Assembly (NCBI GenBank): GCA_039679545.1
Contig: JBDKUT010000101.1
Coordinates: 1-14,269, forward strand
DNA: 14,269 bases
Direction: 5' to 3'
From: Thermotogota bacterium
Lineage (GTDB): Bacteria; Bipolaricaulota; Bipolaricaulia; UBA7950; UBA9294
A program made the translations under genes and the position numbers. Shown here piece by piece: positions 1 to 7,753 of the stretch (its first letter is position 1; each line of letters begins with the position of its first letter). The notes beneath the pieces were generated by a model. It ran no database searches, was not told where the DNA came from, and saw only the letters and a list, made by a program, of their open reading frames with translations.

Positions 1-585
1 CTTCGCGAAGCCCTGCGGCGCGTCCGCGGAACGCTCCGCGGGCTCGAGCGCCCCCACGTGCTCGCCGCGCGACAGCTCGTCGCTCAGTCCGCACCCACCA
101 CGGCGCTCGATCTCCCCCAGGCGCGCGTGGATGTCACCGCCGATCGCGTTGTCATCCGCAGCGACATTGCCACCCCCGCGCCCGCACAGGCCTGGTCGGT
201 GGCCCTCTCCTTCGGCCACACCGTCTTTCTCGAGCAGCAACTGACAGTCGATGTCTCGGTTGAGCCGTTGCCTCATCGAGGAGAGATCCCGGAGGCCGAC
301 GAGTGGACGGAACTTGCAGACGCGGACAGAATCTCGCTCCCTCTAACTCTCCGCACCCGGCGGGAGGGAGACCGGTTCTCTCCACTCGGCATGGGCCACG
401 AGGTTCGGTTGAAGGACTTCCTCATCAATCAGCGGATCCCGCGCGCGGAACGCGCCGCGCTGCCTCTCCTGTGTGACCAAGAGAAGCTCGTCTGGGTCGT
501 GGGAGTTCGCCTGAGCGAGCGAGTCAAGGTGAATCGATCGACGACCCGCGTGCTGCGCATGCGCGTTGTGAGGAGCAACCCATGA
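1..585 (+). CDS. tilS: tRNA(Ile)-lysidine synthase, C-terminal part (5' end lies outside the window)
   Basis: Frame +1 is open from base 1. It carries the TilS C-terminal domain pattern LRTRREGDRFSPLGM..RLKDFLINQRIPRAERAALPLL..LVWVVG. The stop overlaps the rseP start (ATGA 582-585). Confidence 0.85.
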   Translation, partial: LREALRRVRGTLRGLERPHVLAARQLVAQSAPTTALDLPQARVDVTADRVVIRSDIATPAPAQAWSVALSFGHTVFLEQQLTVDVSVEPLPHRGEIPEADEWTELADADRISLPLTLRTRREGDRFSPLGMGHEVRLKDFLINQRIPRAERAALPLLCDQEKLVWVVGVRLSERVKVNRSTTRVLRMRVVRSNP

Positions 586-1880
586 CGGTGCTGATCTTCA
601 TCGCTTCGATCCTCGTTCTCGTGGGCGTCCACGAGACCGGCCACTTCCTCGCGGCCCGAGCCTTCGGCGTCTACGTGCGGGAGTTCGCCATCGGCATCGG
701 GCCCGCTCTCGTGTCGACGAAGGGCCAATCGACGAAGTACTCGCTACGCCTGATCCCTATCGGAGGCTATGTCCTGATGGCCGGCGAGGATCGACGCGAA
801 GCCGGAGACGAGATCCCGGCGGATCAGATCCTGTACAACAAGCCACCCTACGTCCGCGCGATCATCAGTCTCTCCGGCGCCCTCTGCAACATCGCCCTCG
901 CTCTCGTCGTGACGCTCGCCGTCGTTTGGGCCACCAATCTTCCGATCCTGCAGGTCGCCGACGTCATCCCGGGTTCCCCGGCCGCTGCGGTCCTCGAGCC
1001 CGGGGATCGGATCCTGGCGATCGACGGGGGGACGATCTACACGACCGATCAGATCACGAAGGCGATCCGCCGGGCGGGGGCGTCGCCGATCGACATCTTG
1101 TTGATGCGTGGCGGAGCGTCTCAGCACGTCACGGCCGTCCCTCGCTATTCGGAGGAAGCTTCTCGATACGAGATCGGCGCCTACTTCGGCCCCTCGGCGC
1201 CGACGAACGAGATCGTCAAGCTCGAGTCGTCCTCGCCCCTCTACACCGCCGGCGTCAAAGACGGAGACCGGATCGTCGCCGTGAACGGCGAACCCATCGA
1301 GACGGAGACGGGCCTCATCGTCGCCCTGGAGGCCGTCTTCGAGTCGTCCGACGCGGTCACGCTCGGGGTCGCGCGGGGAGAGGAGCACCTGTCCCTCTCC
1401 CTGGCCCGTCAAGACCGCACGGCGGACGCCATTGTGGACGGCGTTACGTTCGCCGATCTCGGCGTCGACTACCACCGGCTGGGGTTCGGCAACGGGCTTG
1501 CCTTGGGAACCCGGCAGTTCGCCTCCTACGTGACGCTGCTCGCGCAGTCGATCCGCGGCATCATCGGGGGAAGCATTGCGGCCAAAGATGCGATTCAGGG
1601 TCCGATCGGCATCGCCAAGGTCGTTCGTCAAGGATTCGACCTCGGCTTTCTCGTCTTCCTTCAGATCCTCGCCTTCCTGAACCTGAACCTCGGGCTGATC
1701 AACCTGATTCCGTTCCCGGCCCTCGACGGAAGCCGAGTGGCGTTCGCCCTCTACGAGTGGGCTCGCGGAAAACCGATCCCTCCGGAGAAGGAAGGGATCA
1801 TTCACGCGATCGGCTTCGTGATCCTGATCGGGCTGATGGTCTTGATCACGTATCAAGACATTGTGAGGTTGTTTCAATAA
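582..1880 (+). CDS. rseP: RIP zinc metalloprotease RseP (M50) with two PDZ domains
   Basis: N-terminal HExxH (VHETGH), FAIGIGP and LRLIPIGGYV motifs, two PDZ-like repeats (PGSPAAAVLEPGDRILAIDG; SSPLYTAGVKDGDRIVAVNG) and C-terminal NLIPFPALDG. Confidence 0.95.
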   Translation: MTVLIFIASILVLVGVHETGHFLAARAFGVYVREFAIGIGPALVSTKGQSTKYSLRLIPIGGYVLMAGEDRREAGDEIPADQILYNKPPYVRAIISLSGALCNIALALVVTLAVVWATNLPILQVADVIPGSPAAAVLEPGDRILAIDGGTIYTTDQITKAIRRAGASPIDILLMRGGASQHVTAVPRYSEEASRYEIGAYFGPSAPTNEIVKLESSSPLYTAGVKDGDRIVAVNGEPIETETGLIVALEAVFESSDAVTLGVARGEEHLSLSLARQDRTADAIVDGVTFADLGVDYHRLGFGNGLALGTRQFASYVTLLAQSIRGIIGGSIAAKDAIQGPIGIAKVVRQGFDLGFLVFLQILAFLNLNLGLINLIPFPALDGSRVAFALYEWARGKPIPPEKEGIIHAIGFVILIGLMVLITYQDIVRLFQ

Positions 1881-2346
1881 GGGCGACGGCCCACGCGGCC
1901 ATCCCCTCGCCGCGACCGACCGCGCCCATCCCCTCGCTCGTTGTCGCTTTCAGGCTGACGTGGGAGGCCTCGATCCCGAGGGCGTCGGCGAGCCGACGCC
2001 GCATGGCTGGGACGTGCGGCGCGAGCTTGGGGCGTTCCACAATGACCGTAGCGTCTACGTTCACAACCCTGTAGCCGGCCGCCGTGAGTTTCACCCGCAC
2101 GTCGGCCAGAAGCTTCAGGCTCGAGATGCCACGGTAGGCGGGGTCCGTGTCGGGGAAGTGGACGCCGATGTCGCCGAGGCCGGCGGCCCCGAGGACGGCG
2201 TCGCAGATCGCGTGGGTCAGGACGTCGGCGTCCGAGTGTCCGAGGAGGCCCTTCTCGTGAGGAATCGTCTCTCCCCCGAGGACGAGGGGGCGCCCGACGA
2301 CAAACCGGTGAAAGTCGATTCCAAGCCCCGTCCGGACTTCAGTCAC
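1846..2346 (-). CDS. ispF: 2-C-methyl-D-erythritol 2,4-cyclodiphosphate synthase
   Basis: Motifs RTGLGIDFHRF, LGHSDADVLTHAICDAVLGAAGLGDIG.HFP and SLKATTSEGMG. The likely start is GTG at 2346 preceded by GAGGAGG; the ORF-track extension to 2634 overlaps recX. Confidence 0.95.
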   Translation of the reverse strand: MTEVRTGLGIDFHRFVVGRPLVLGGETIPHEKGLLGHSDADVLTHAICDAVLGAAGLGDIGVHFPDTDPAYRGISSLKLLADVRVKLTAAGYRVVNVDATVIVERPKLAPHVPAMRRRLADALGIEASHVSLKATTSEGMGAVGRGEGMAAWAVALIETTSQCLDT

Positions 2347-2776
2347 GCGAACCCTCCTCGCGCTCGGCTCGCCGGACCGCGTCTGCGGCGAGCCCGGCGG
2401 GGAATCCCCGTCGCAGGAGATGGTCCACCGCCCGGCGCCGTCTCGCGTCCGGCTCGGTCGACGCCAGCCGCGCCCACCGTTCCGCGGCAAGCTGCCGCGC
2501 AATCTCAAGCTCTTTCGTCGACGGGTACGACGCATCGAGCGCCGCCGCCGCCAGCTCGTGGGAAATCCCCTTCTCCGCGAGCTCGCGCTCGATCGCCCGA
2601 CGGGACAGCGGATGATGGAGAAGGCGATCGTCAACCCAGAGCTTCGCGTAGACGCGGTCGTCGATCAGCTCCTCCTCGACCGCCCGGCGGACGGCGGACT
2701 CAACCTCCTCGAGGGAGAACCCCGCGCGCCGCAGCCGACCGGACGCCTCCCGCTCGGTGAGCGGTCGACGTCGCAA
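2339..2776 (-). CDS. recX: RecA regulator RecX (start uncertain; the frame is open to 2827)
   Basis: RRPLTERE..RLRRAGFS.EEVE, IDDRVYA..WV, I.RELAEKGI and HLLRRGF are RecX three-helix repeat patterns. The gene lies directly downstream of recA. Confidence 0.88.
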   Translation of the reverse strand: MRRRPLTEREASGRLRRAGFSLEEVESAVRRAVEEELIDDRVYAKLWVDDRLLHHPLSRRAIERELAEKGISHELAAAALDASYPSTKELEIARQLAAERWARLASTEPDARRRRAVDHLLRRGFPAGLAADAVRRAEREEGSRD

Positions 2777-2801
2777 GAGCTGCGAGAGCGTCGCCCACGC
2801 G

Positions 2802-3833
2802 TCACTCCTCTTCGGCGTCGTCCGCTCCTATGGCTTTCAGGGTGGCTCCGAGCGCCGCCTTCTCCCGAATCGCGGCCTCGAGCCGCTCGGCGAGCTCCGT
2901 GTCCTCTTCGAGGGCCTGCGCGCTGTTGCCGATCCCTTGGCCCAGTCGCTCGCTCTCGAACGAGTACCACGAGCCGCTTCGCGTGATCAGGCCGAGCGCC
3001 TCTCCCGTGTTGATGAGGTCGCGGGACCGAACGATCCCCTTGCCGTAGATCACGTCGAAGGTCGCCTCTTTGAACGGGGGCGCCACCTTGTTCTTCACGA
3101 CACGAACGTTGACGTGCACGCCAATCCGTTCTGTGCCCTCTTCGATCTTCCCCGCGCCCCACATCTGGAGTCGGAGCGAAGCGTAGAACTTGAGCGCCCA
3201 GCCTCCTGCGGTCGTCGTCGAGGGACCGAAGCGCGAGGCGCTGATCATCGACCGCATCTGGTTCGTAAACACGACGATTGTCTTCGACTGCGAGATCGCT
3301 CCCGACAGTTTGCGCATCGCCTGGCTCATGAGGCGAGCCTGCAGTCCGACCTGGGAATCCCCCATCTGTCCTTCGATCTCCGCCGTGGGGACCAAGGCAG
3401 CGACCGAGTCGATAACGATGATGTCGATCGCGCCGCTCCGCGTCAGCTGCTCGGTGATCTCGAGCGCCTGCTCGCCGGAGTTCGGCTGCGAGATGAGGAT
3501 GTGGTCAAGATCCACACCGAGCGCGCGGCTGTAGGTCGGATCGAGCGCGTGTTCGGCGTCGATGAACGCCGCCGTTCCCCCGCGCTTCTGGACCTCGGCA
3601 ATCATGTGCAGGGCGAGCGTCGTCTTTCCGCTCGACTCCATGCCGAAGATCTCGATGATTCGCCCGCGCGGTATTCCCCCGACCCCCAGAGCGATGTCGA
3701 GCGCCAGCGAGCCCGAGGGCACCGTCTCGACCTGCATGACCTGGGCCCCATCGCCCAGCCACATGATCGAGCCTTCGCCGTACGCCTTCTTGATCTGCTT
3801 CAGCGTACTCTCAAGAACTTCCCGCTTCCCCAT
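2802..3833 (-). CDS. recA: Recombinase RecA (divergent)
   Basis: [24 protein letters not shown], Walker [19 protein letters not shown], Walker [31 protein letters not shown] and [11 protein letters not shown]. Confidence 0.98.
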   Translation of the reverse strand: MGKREVLESTLKQIKKAYGEGSIMWLGDGAQVMQVETVPSGSLALDIALGVGGIPRGRIIEIFGMESSGKTTLALHMIAEVQKRGGTAAFIDAEHALDPTYSRALGVDLDHILISQPNSGEQALEITEQLTRSGAIDIIVIDSVAALVPTAEIEGQMGDSQVGLQARLMSQAMRKLSGAISQSKTIVVFTNQMRSMISASRFGPSTTTAGGWALKFYASLRLQMWGAGKIEEGTERIGVHVNVRVVKNKVAPPFKEATFDVIYGKGIVRSRDLINTGEALGLITRSGSWYSFESERLGQGIGNSAQALEEDTELAERLEAAIREKAALGATLKAIGADDAEEE

Positions 3834-3863
3834 GATCCCCCCCTGCGTGGAGTCTTCCCCCGT

Positions 3864-3892
3864 ATTCTAGGACAATGCTCGAATCGCTTCAA
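3864..3892 (-). promoter_or_regulatory. sigma70-type promoter for recA-recX-ispF
   Basis: Minus strand TTGAAG (3892-3887), 17 bp, TAGAAT (3869-3864), about 30 nt upstream of the recA ATG. Confidence 0.7.
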
Positions 3893-3905
3893 AGCGCGCC
3901 GAGCG

Positions 3906-4871
3906 TCATGCCCCCGCGACCTTCGGCGACTGCTGCATCTCTTGTACGGCGCGGGCAAACTCCGCTCCGGCCGCGTGCTCGACGCCGCGCAAGCGCAGAA
4001 GCCCTGCCGGCGTCCGCACGTCCAGCCCATTGCGCCGTCGCTCGACGCGAAGATCGGCCACGTCGAGATCCCGCCCGACGTTGGGCACTTGGCCGGCTCG
4101 ACGAAGCAGCCGAAGCGCCAGGCTCGCCGCCAGCTTCTGCATCGCCGCGGCGACGAACCCCGCGTCCCGCGGGTCCACGTCGGACAGACGCACGAGGGCG
4201 TCCCTCGCCTCCTGCCGCGTGTCGCGCGCCCGCTCAACCACGACCGTCCCCTTCTCCGTCAGGATCAGGGTGACGAGGTCCTGAGCGTCTGACACCCTGG
4301 CACGCTCCGGAAGCCACACGACCTCGACGATCGTCTCCGTTCCGATCCCGCGCAAGGTTCGCTCCCCAAGCGGTGCGAAGCGCAATCCCTCCGGAAGCGG
4401 CGTGCTGTCGTACACACGTCCCGTGGAGAGGATCTGGCCTCCCTTCGCCAGGCTCGACAGCCGTTGAGCCAGGTTCACCGCGTGGCCGATGAAGTCGATG
4501 TCCGTCATCACCGGCGTTCCGGTCGCGATGCCGATCCCGACGTCGATCGACTCCGAGGAGGGCGCAGCATTCTCTTCCCTCAGGGACTTCTGGATCGAGG
4601 CCGCCGCGAGAATGGCGGAGAGCGGAGCTTCGAACGCCGCCATGACCCCGTCTCCGAGGGACTTCACCACGATCCCGTACTCGCTGACCCGCACCCGGAC
4701 GACATCCTCGTGCCGCTGAGCGAGACGGAAGGCCGCCTGATCCCCTTGCCGCATCGCGTAGCTCGAGAAGCCGCGCAGATCGCTAAACAGAAGGGCGATC
4801 TCTTCGCCCGCCTCGATCTGACCGCGCAGCATCTGTCGAATCTTGAGGGTGCGACTCCACGACAAGGACAT
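3906..4871 (-). CDS. Class III adenylate/guanylate cyclase with an uncharacterised C-terminal domain
   Basis: ALLFSDLRGFS (first metal Asp), VVKSLGDGVMAAF (Lys plus second metal Asp), VGIGIATG, and DFIGHAVNLAQRL (Asp plus NxxxR). The Lys/Asp pair points to ATP specificity. No transmembrane segment is evident and the start codon is somewhat uncertain. Confidence 0.9.
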   Translation of the reverse strand: MSLSWSRTLKIRQMLRGQIEAGEEIALLFSDLRGFSSYAMRQGDQAAFRLAQRHEDVVRVRVSEYGIVVKSLGDGVMAAFEAPLSAILAAASIQKSLREENAAPSSESIDVGIGIATGTPVMTDIDFIGHAVNLAQRLSSLAKGGQILSTGRVYDSTPLPEGLRFAPLGERTLRGIGTETIVEVVWLPERARVSDAQDLVTLILTEKGTVVVERARDTRQEARDALVRLSDVDPRDAGFVAAAMQKLAASLALRLLRRAGQVPNVGRDLDVADLRVERRRNGLDVRTPAGLLRLRGVEHAAGAEFARAVQEMQQSPKVAGA

Positions 4872-4885
4872 TCCTTTCGACCGGC

Positions 4886-4914
4886 TAGAAAACGGAATCG
4901 GCGTATTATATCAT
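4886..4914 (+). promoter_or_regulatory. Candidate sigma70 promoter for the cNMP-binding gene
   Basis: TAGAAA (4886-4891), 17 bp, TATCAT (4909-4914). An AAGGAG Shine-Dalgarno precedes ATG 4951. Confidence 0.4.
4905..4913 (-). promoter_or_regulatory. Extended -10 promoter for the cyclase gene
   Basis: Minus strand TGaTATAAT is a perfect TGn plus TATAAT, about 34 nt upstream of the cyclase ATG. Confidence 0.65.
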
Positions 4915-4950
4915 GGATTCTAGCGTTCGCGTCGTGAAAAGGAGCGTGGA

Positions 4951-5379
4951 ATGGACAGCGCAAAGATCATTGACGCCCTCAAGAAGACACCCATCTTCGC
5001 CAAGACGAGTGACGAGAGCCTACACTCCTTGCTGAAGTCGGCGATCCAAAAGACGGTCCCCGCGGGAACCAAGATCGTCGAGAAGGGGCAGTCGGGCCTC
5101 GGCTTCTACCTCGTCCTGTCGGGCAAGGCCGACGTCATGTCCGGAGGGAAGAAGCTGGCGGAGATCGAAGAGGGCGGCTTCTTCGGCGAGCTGTCCGTCA
5201 TCGACGGAGCGCCAAGGACGGCCGACGTCGTGGCCAAGGGCGACGTTACGTGCCTTGTCGTCTCGCAGTGGGCGATGCGCAGCCTGATCGACACGCACCC
5301 CGAGATCGCGCTATCGATGCTGGATGAGCTCGTCCGCAGGCTGCGCGCGACGAATGAGAAGCACGGGGTGTGCTCGTAG
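4951..5379 (+). CDS. Stand-alone cyclic-nucleotide-binding (cNMP/CAP_ED) protein with no HTH domain
   Basis: LKKTPIF, G..IVEKGQSG.GFYLVLSG, phosphate-binding cassette FFGELSVIDGAPRTADV, and C-helix ..HPEIALSMLDELVRRLR. At 142 aa it ends before any DNA-binding domain. Confidence 0.92.
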   Translation: MDSAKIIDALKKTPIFAKTSDESLHSLLKSAIQKTVPAGTKIVEKGQSGLGFYLVLSGKADVMSGGKKLAEIEEGGFFGELSVIDGAPRTADVVAKGDVTCLVVSQWAMRSLIDTHPEIALSMLDELVRRLRATNEKHGVCS

Positions 5380-5441
5380 CGAAGACTCCATCGTCGCACC
5401 CGTTTCGATCCTTTGCCCCGGGATCGTGTGCGTACAGGCAG

Positions 5442-6029
5442 CTACCGCTCGTAGCAGTCGCGGCAGCGGGCTTCGTACGTTCCCAACCCGCCGACCTGGA
5501 TCACCGGCCCGTTCGACGAAGCCGGCTTCCCGTCGATCAGGCGCTGCGATCGCGTCGCGACCCCGCCGCACTTGACGCACACCGCGTGAAGCTTGTCGAC
5601 CTGATCGGCGAGTGATAGCAGCGTCGGCATCGGACCGAACGGCTCCTCCGCAAAGGTGAGGTCGAGTCCGGCGACGATCACGCGCTTCCCCATGACGACA
5701 AGGGTTTGGCAGAGATCGGAAAGCTTAGCGGAGAAGAAGTTCCCTTCGTCGAAGGCGATCACGGCCGCCGCGTCGATGGCGGAGCGACCGACGATTCGCT
5801 CGAGCGCCTCGAGTGTCTCGTCACCGGGCGCGAGAAGGTGCGCCGCAAACTCCCTCCCGTAGTGGGTCATGACCGACGTCGTGCTGTACCGATCGTCGAT
5901 CGTCGGCTTGAACAGGAGGATCGTCCCGTGGGCGATACGAACCCGTTCGAGCCTGCGGATGAGCTCTTCCGTCTTTCCGGAGAACATGCATCCCGTGATC
6001 ACTTCGAGCTGGCGCGCCTTCGTCGTCAC
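5442..6029 (-). CDS. tdk: Thymidine kinase (TK1-like)
   Basis: ITGCMFSGKTEELIRR, FKPTIDDRY, DEGNFF, VIVAGLD, and Zn ligands CVKC ... YEARCRDC. The GTG start has an AAGGAGG SD and overlaps the upstream stop (GTGA 6029-6026). Confidence 0.95.
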   Translation of the reverse strand: MTTKARQLEVITGCMFSGKTEELIRRLERVRIAHGTILLFKPTIDDRYSTTSVMTHYGREFAAHLLAPGDETLEALERIVGRSAIDAAAVIAFDEGNFFSAKLSDLCQTLVVMGKRVIVAGLDLTFAEEPFGPMPTLLSLADQVDKLHAVCVKCGGVATRSQRLIDGKPASSNGPVIQVGGLGTYEARCRDCYER

Positions 6030-6979
6030 GTCCCCTCCTTAGGTAACGGCAAGAAGTCCGTACGGTACAGCGATTCGATTGGCCAACGAGCGCCGATGAT
6101 CTTGTTCTCGAACAGAAATACCTGAAGGGCATCCCACACGTCCGCGTCATCGTGTCTTGCCCCCTTGGCGTAGAGCGGAAGGGTTGCCGCGTAGGCGCGG
6201 CGGTCGAGTTCGTCGTCGAGGTCGGGGTTGGCGCGCAGGAACGCGTCGAACGCGGCGTCGGGATCGGCACACGTCGCGGCCACGGCGTCGGCCACCGCCG
6301 CCAAGAACGTTCGCAGGTCCTCGGGCCTCTCCACCGCCACGTCGGGGTGGACGGCGAACAAGAGCTCGTACGTGTCCGGGACGCAGTACGCCTCTTGGGG
6401 GAAGAAGACCCCCGGCCTGCCGATGAGGTCGACCTCGATCGGCTCGAAGTTGCGGAACGCGCCGATCGCGTCCACGCTCCCCGCAAGGAGCGAAGCGACC
6501 GTGCCGTACCCGATCGGGATCAGCTCGACCGCGTTCGGATCCACGCCCGCGCAGCGGAGCATCGTCCGCCACAGCACCGGCTCGAGCGGCTCGAGTGAGT
6601 ACCCGATCCGCTTCCCCGCGAGTTCGGAGAGCAACGAGATCCCCCCGTCCGAAAGCGCGAGGAGCCCGCCGAGTCCCTGGCCGATGAGCGCCCCAACCGC
6701 GATCAGTGGCAGCCCTTCCGAGCGGGCCATCAGGTAGTTCATCTGCGGCGTTAGGCAAACGTCGACAGCGCGGGCCGCCGCGAGCTTCGCCGGGTCACTC
6801 GGGTCGCCGGGAACGATGAGTTCCACGTCGAGCGTCTCCTTCAAGGACTCGGCGGCAACGTAGAGCGGCACGTGGTTCGGATTCGGGAAGAAGTCGAGGC
6901 ACACCCGGAGCGGGTTCGCCTGCGCGGTCGCACCGAGCGCCAGCACAACGCCAAGCAGCACGACGAGCTTCGCCCGCAA
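6026..6979 (-). CDS. ABC transporter substrate-binding protein, NMT1/THI5 (ThiY-like) family
   Basis: Signal peptide (..LGATAQA), LDFFPNPNHVPLYVA, PGDPSDP.KLAAA, LAGKRIGY and GAFRNFE motifs. TTG start with a purine-rich SD. Confidence 0.85.
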   Translation of the reverse strand: MRAKLVVLLGVVLALGATAQANPLRVCLDFFPNPNHVPLYVAAESLKETLDVELIVPGDPSDPAKLAAARAVDVCLTPQMNYLMARSEGLPLIAVGALIGQGLGGLLALSDGGISLLSELAGKRIGYSLEPLEPVLWRTMLRCAGVDPNAVELIPIGYGTVASLLAGSVDAIGAFRNFEPIEVDLIGRPGVFFPQEAYCVPDTYELLFAVHPDVAVERPEDLRTFLAAVADAVAATCADPDAAFDAFLRANPDLDDELDRRAYAATLPLYAKGARHDDADVWDALQVFLFENKIIGARWPIESLYRTDFLPLPKEGT

Positions 6980-6994
6980 CGCCTTCCCCCTCTT

Positions 6995-7753
6995 TCACAC
7001 GGAACGGCGTCCGTGCGCCGCCCAGTAAAGCACCCGACGTTCGATTATCTGGAACCCAGCGAAAAGAGACAACCCAATCAGCGTCAGCATCAGGATCGCA
7101 GCGAAGACGAGGTCGACCCGCAGGCGGGCGTTCGACTGCAGCATGAGATACCCGAGGCCACGGCGGGCGCCCACCCACTCCCCGATCGTCGCCCCGACGA
7201 CCGACAACGTCGCCGCGATCTTGAGACCGGAGAACAGGGACGGAAGGGCCGCCGGCAGGAGCAGCTTCCCGAGCGTCTGCCGTCGCGACGCGCCCATCGT
7301 ACGGAAGAGGTCGACCATGTCCGAGCGCGTCGAGCGAAGCCCGTCGAGCGCACTCACGGCAACGGGAAAGAAGCCGATCAGTGCCGACACGACGACCTTC
7401 GGCCAGAGGCCGTAGCCGAGCCACACGATCAGAAGCGGGGCGATCGCGAACACCGGCACCATCTGAGATGCGATGATGAACGGTTCCACCGCGCGCCGGA
7501 GCCCGTCCGAGTAGAAGAGGAGAACGGCGAGCCCCAATCCCCCGGCGCCGCCGAGGAGGAGCCCCAAGAGGATCTCAGCCAGGGTGATCCCGGCATGGCC
7601 GAGGAGAAGCGGGAACTGGACGAAGAACGTCTCGAAGATCCGCGTCGGAGGCGGCAGGATGTAGGCGGGGACGGCGAACACCCGAACGCCGACCTCCCAC
7701 AGAGCGAGCGCCCCGAGAAACAGGAAGGCCGGGACGAGGAATCGACGCGCCAT
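6995..7753 (-). CDS. ABC transporter permease, NitT/TauT/SsuC (ThiX-like) family
   Basis: LWE....F.VPAYILPPP, QMVPVFAIAPLLIVWLGYG, EAA-like FRTMGASRRQTL.KL.LPAALP and GEWVGA..GLG. The real start is ATG 7753 (TGATG overlap with the ATPase stop), not 8377. Confidence 0.9.
   Translation of the reverse strand: MARRFLVPAFLFLGALALWEVGVRVFAVPAYILPPPTRIFETFFVQFPLLLGHAGITLAEILLGLLLGGAGGLGLAVLLFYSDGLRRAVEPFIIASQMVPVFAIAPLLIVWLGYGLWPKVVVSALIGFFPVAVSALDGLRSTRSDMVDLFRTMGASRRQTLGKLLLPAALPSLFSGLKIAATLSVVGATIGEWVGARRGLGYLMLQSNARLRVDLVFAAILMLTLIGLSLFAGFQIIERRVLYWAAHGRRSV

Noticed and set aside
2347..2634. N-terminal extension of IspF (possible fusion)
   Set aside because: It overlaps recX out of frame, and a clear SD plus GTG is present at 2346.
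3837..3843. G7 run (minus strand) before recA as a phase-variation tract
   Set aside because: It is short and adequately explained as a G-rich Shine-Dalgarno.
3840..3905. LexA/SOS box at the recA promoter
   Set aside because: There is no CTGT-N8-ACAG, GAAC-N4-GTTC or GTTC-N7-GTTC match, and GAATCGCTTC has the wrong spacing. A lineage-specific box cannot be excluded.
3906..5379. Cyclase plus cNMP protein as a Pycsar-type anti-phage system
   Set aside because: The cyclase has ordinary ATP-specifying Lys/Asp residues, the receptor has no TIR or transmembrane effector domain, the genes are divergent rather than operonic, and the context is housekeeping.
3848..5390. 10-bp inverted repeat TGGAGTCTTC (3848-3857) / GAAGACTCCA (5381-5390) flanking the cyclase-cNMP pair
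   Set aside because: There is no transposase or evident target-site duplication, the interval includes the recA promoter, and a 10-bp match is compatible with chance.
5395..5432. Terminator between the cNMP gene and tdk
   Set aside because: Only a weak CGATCC/GGATCG stem with a large loop and no U-tract on either strand.
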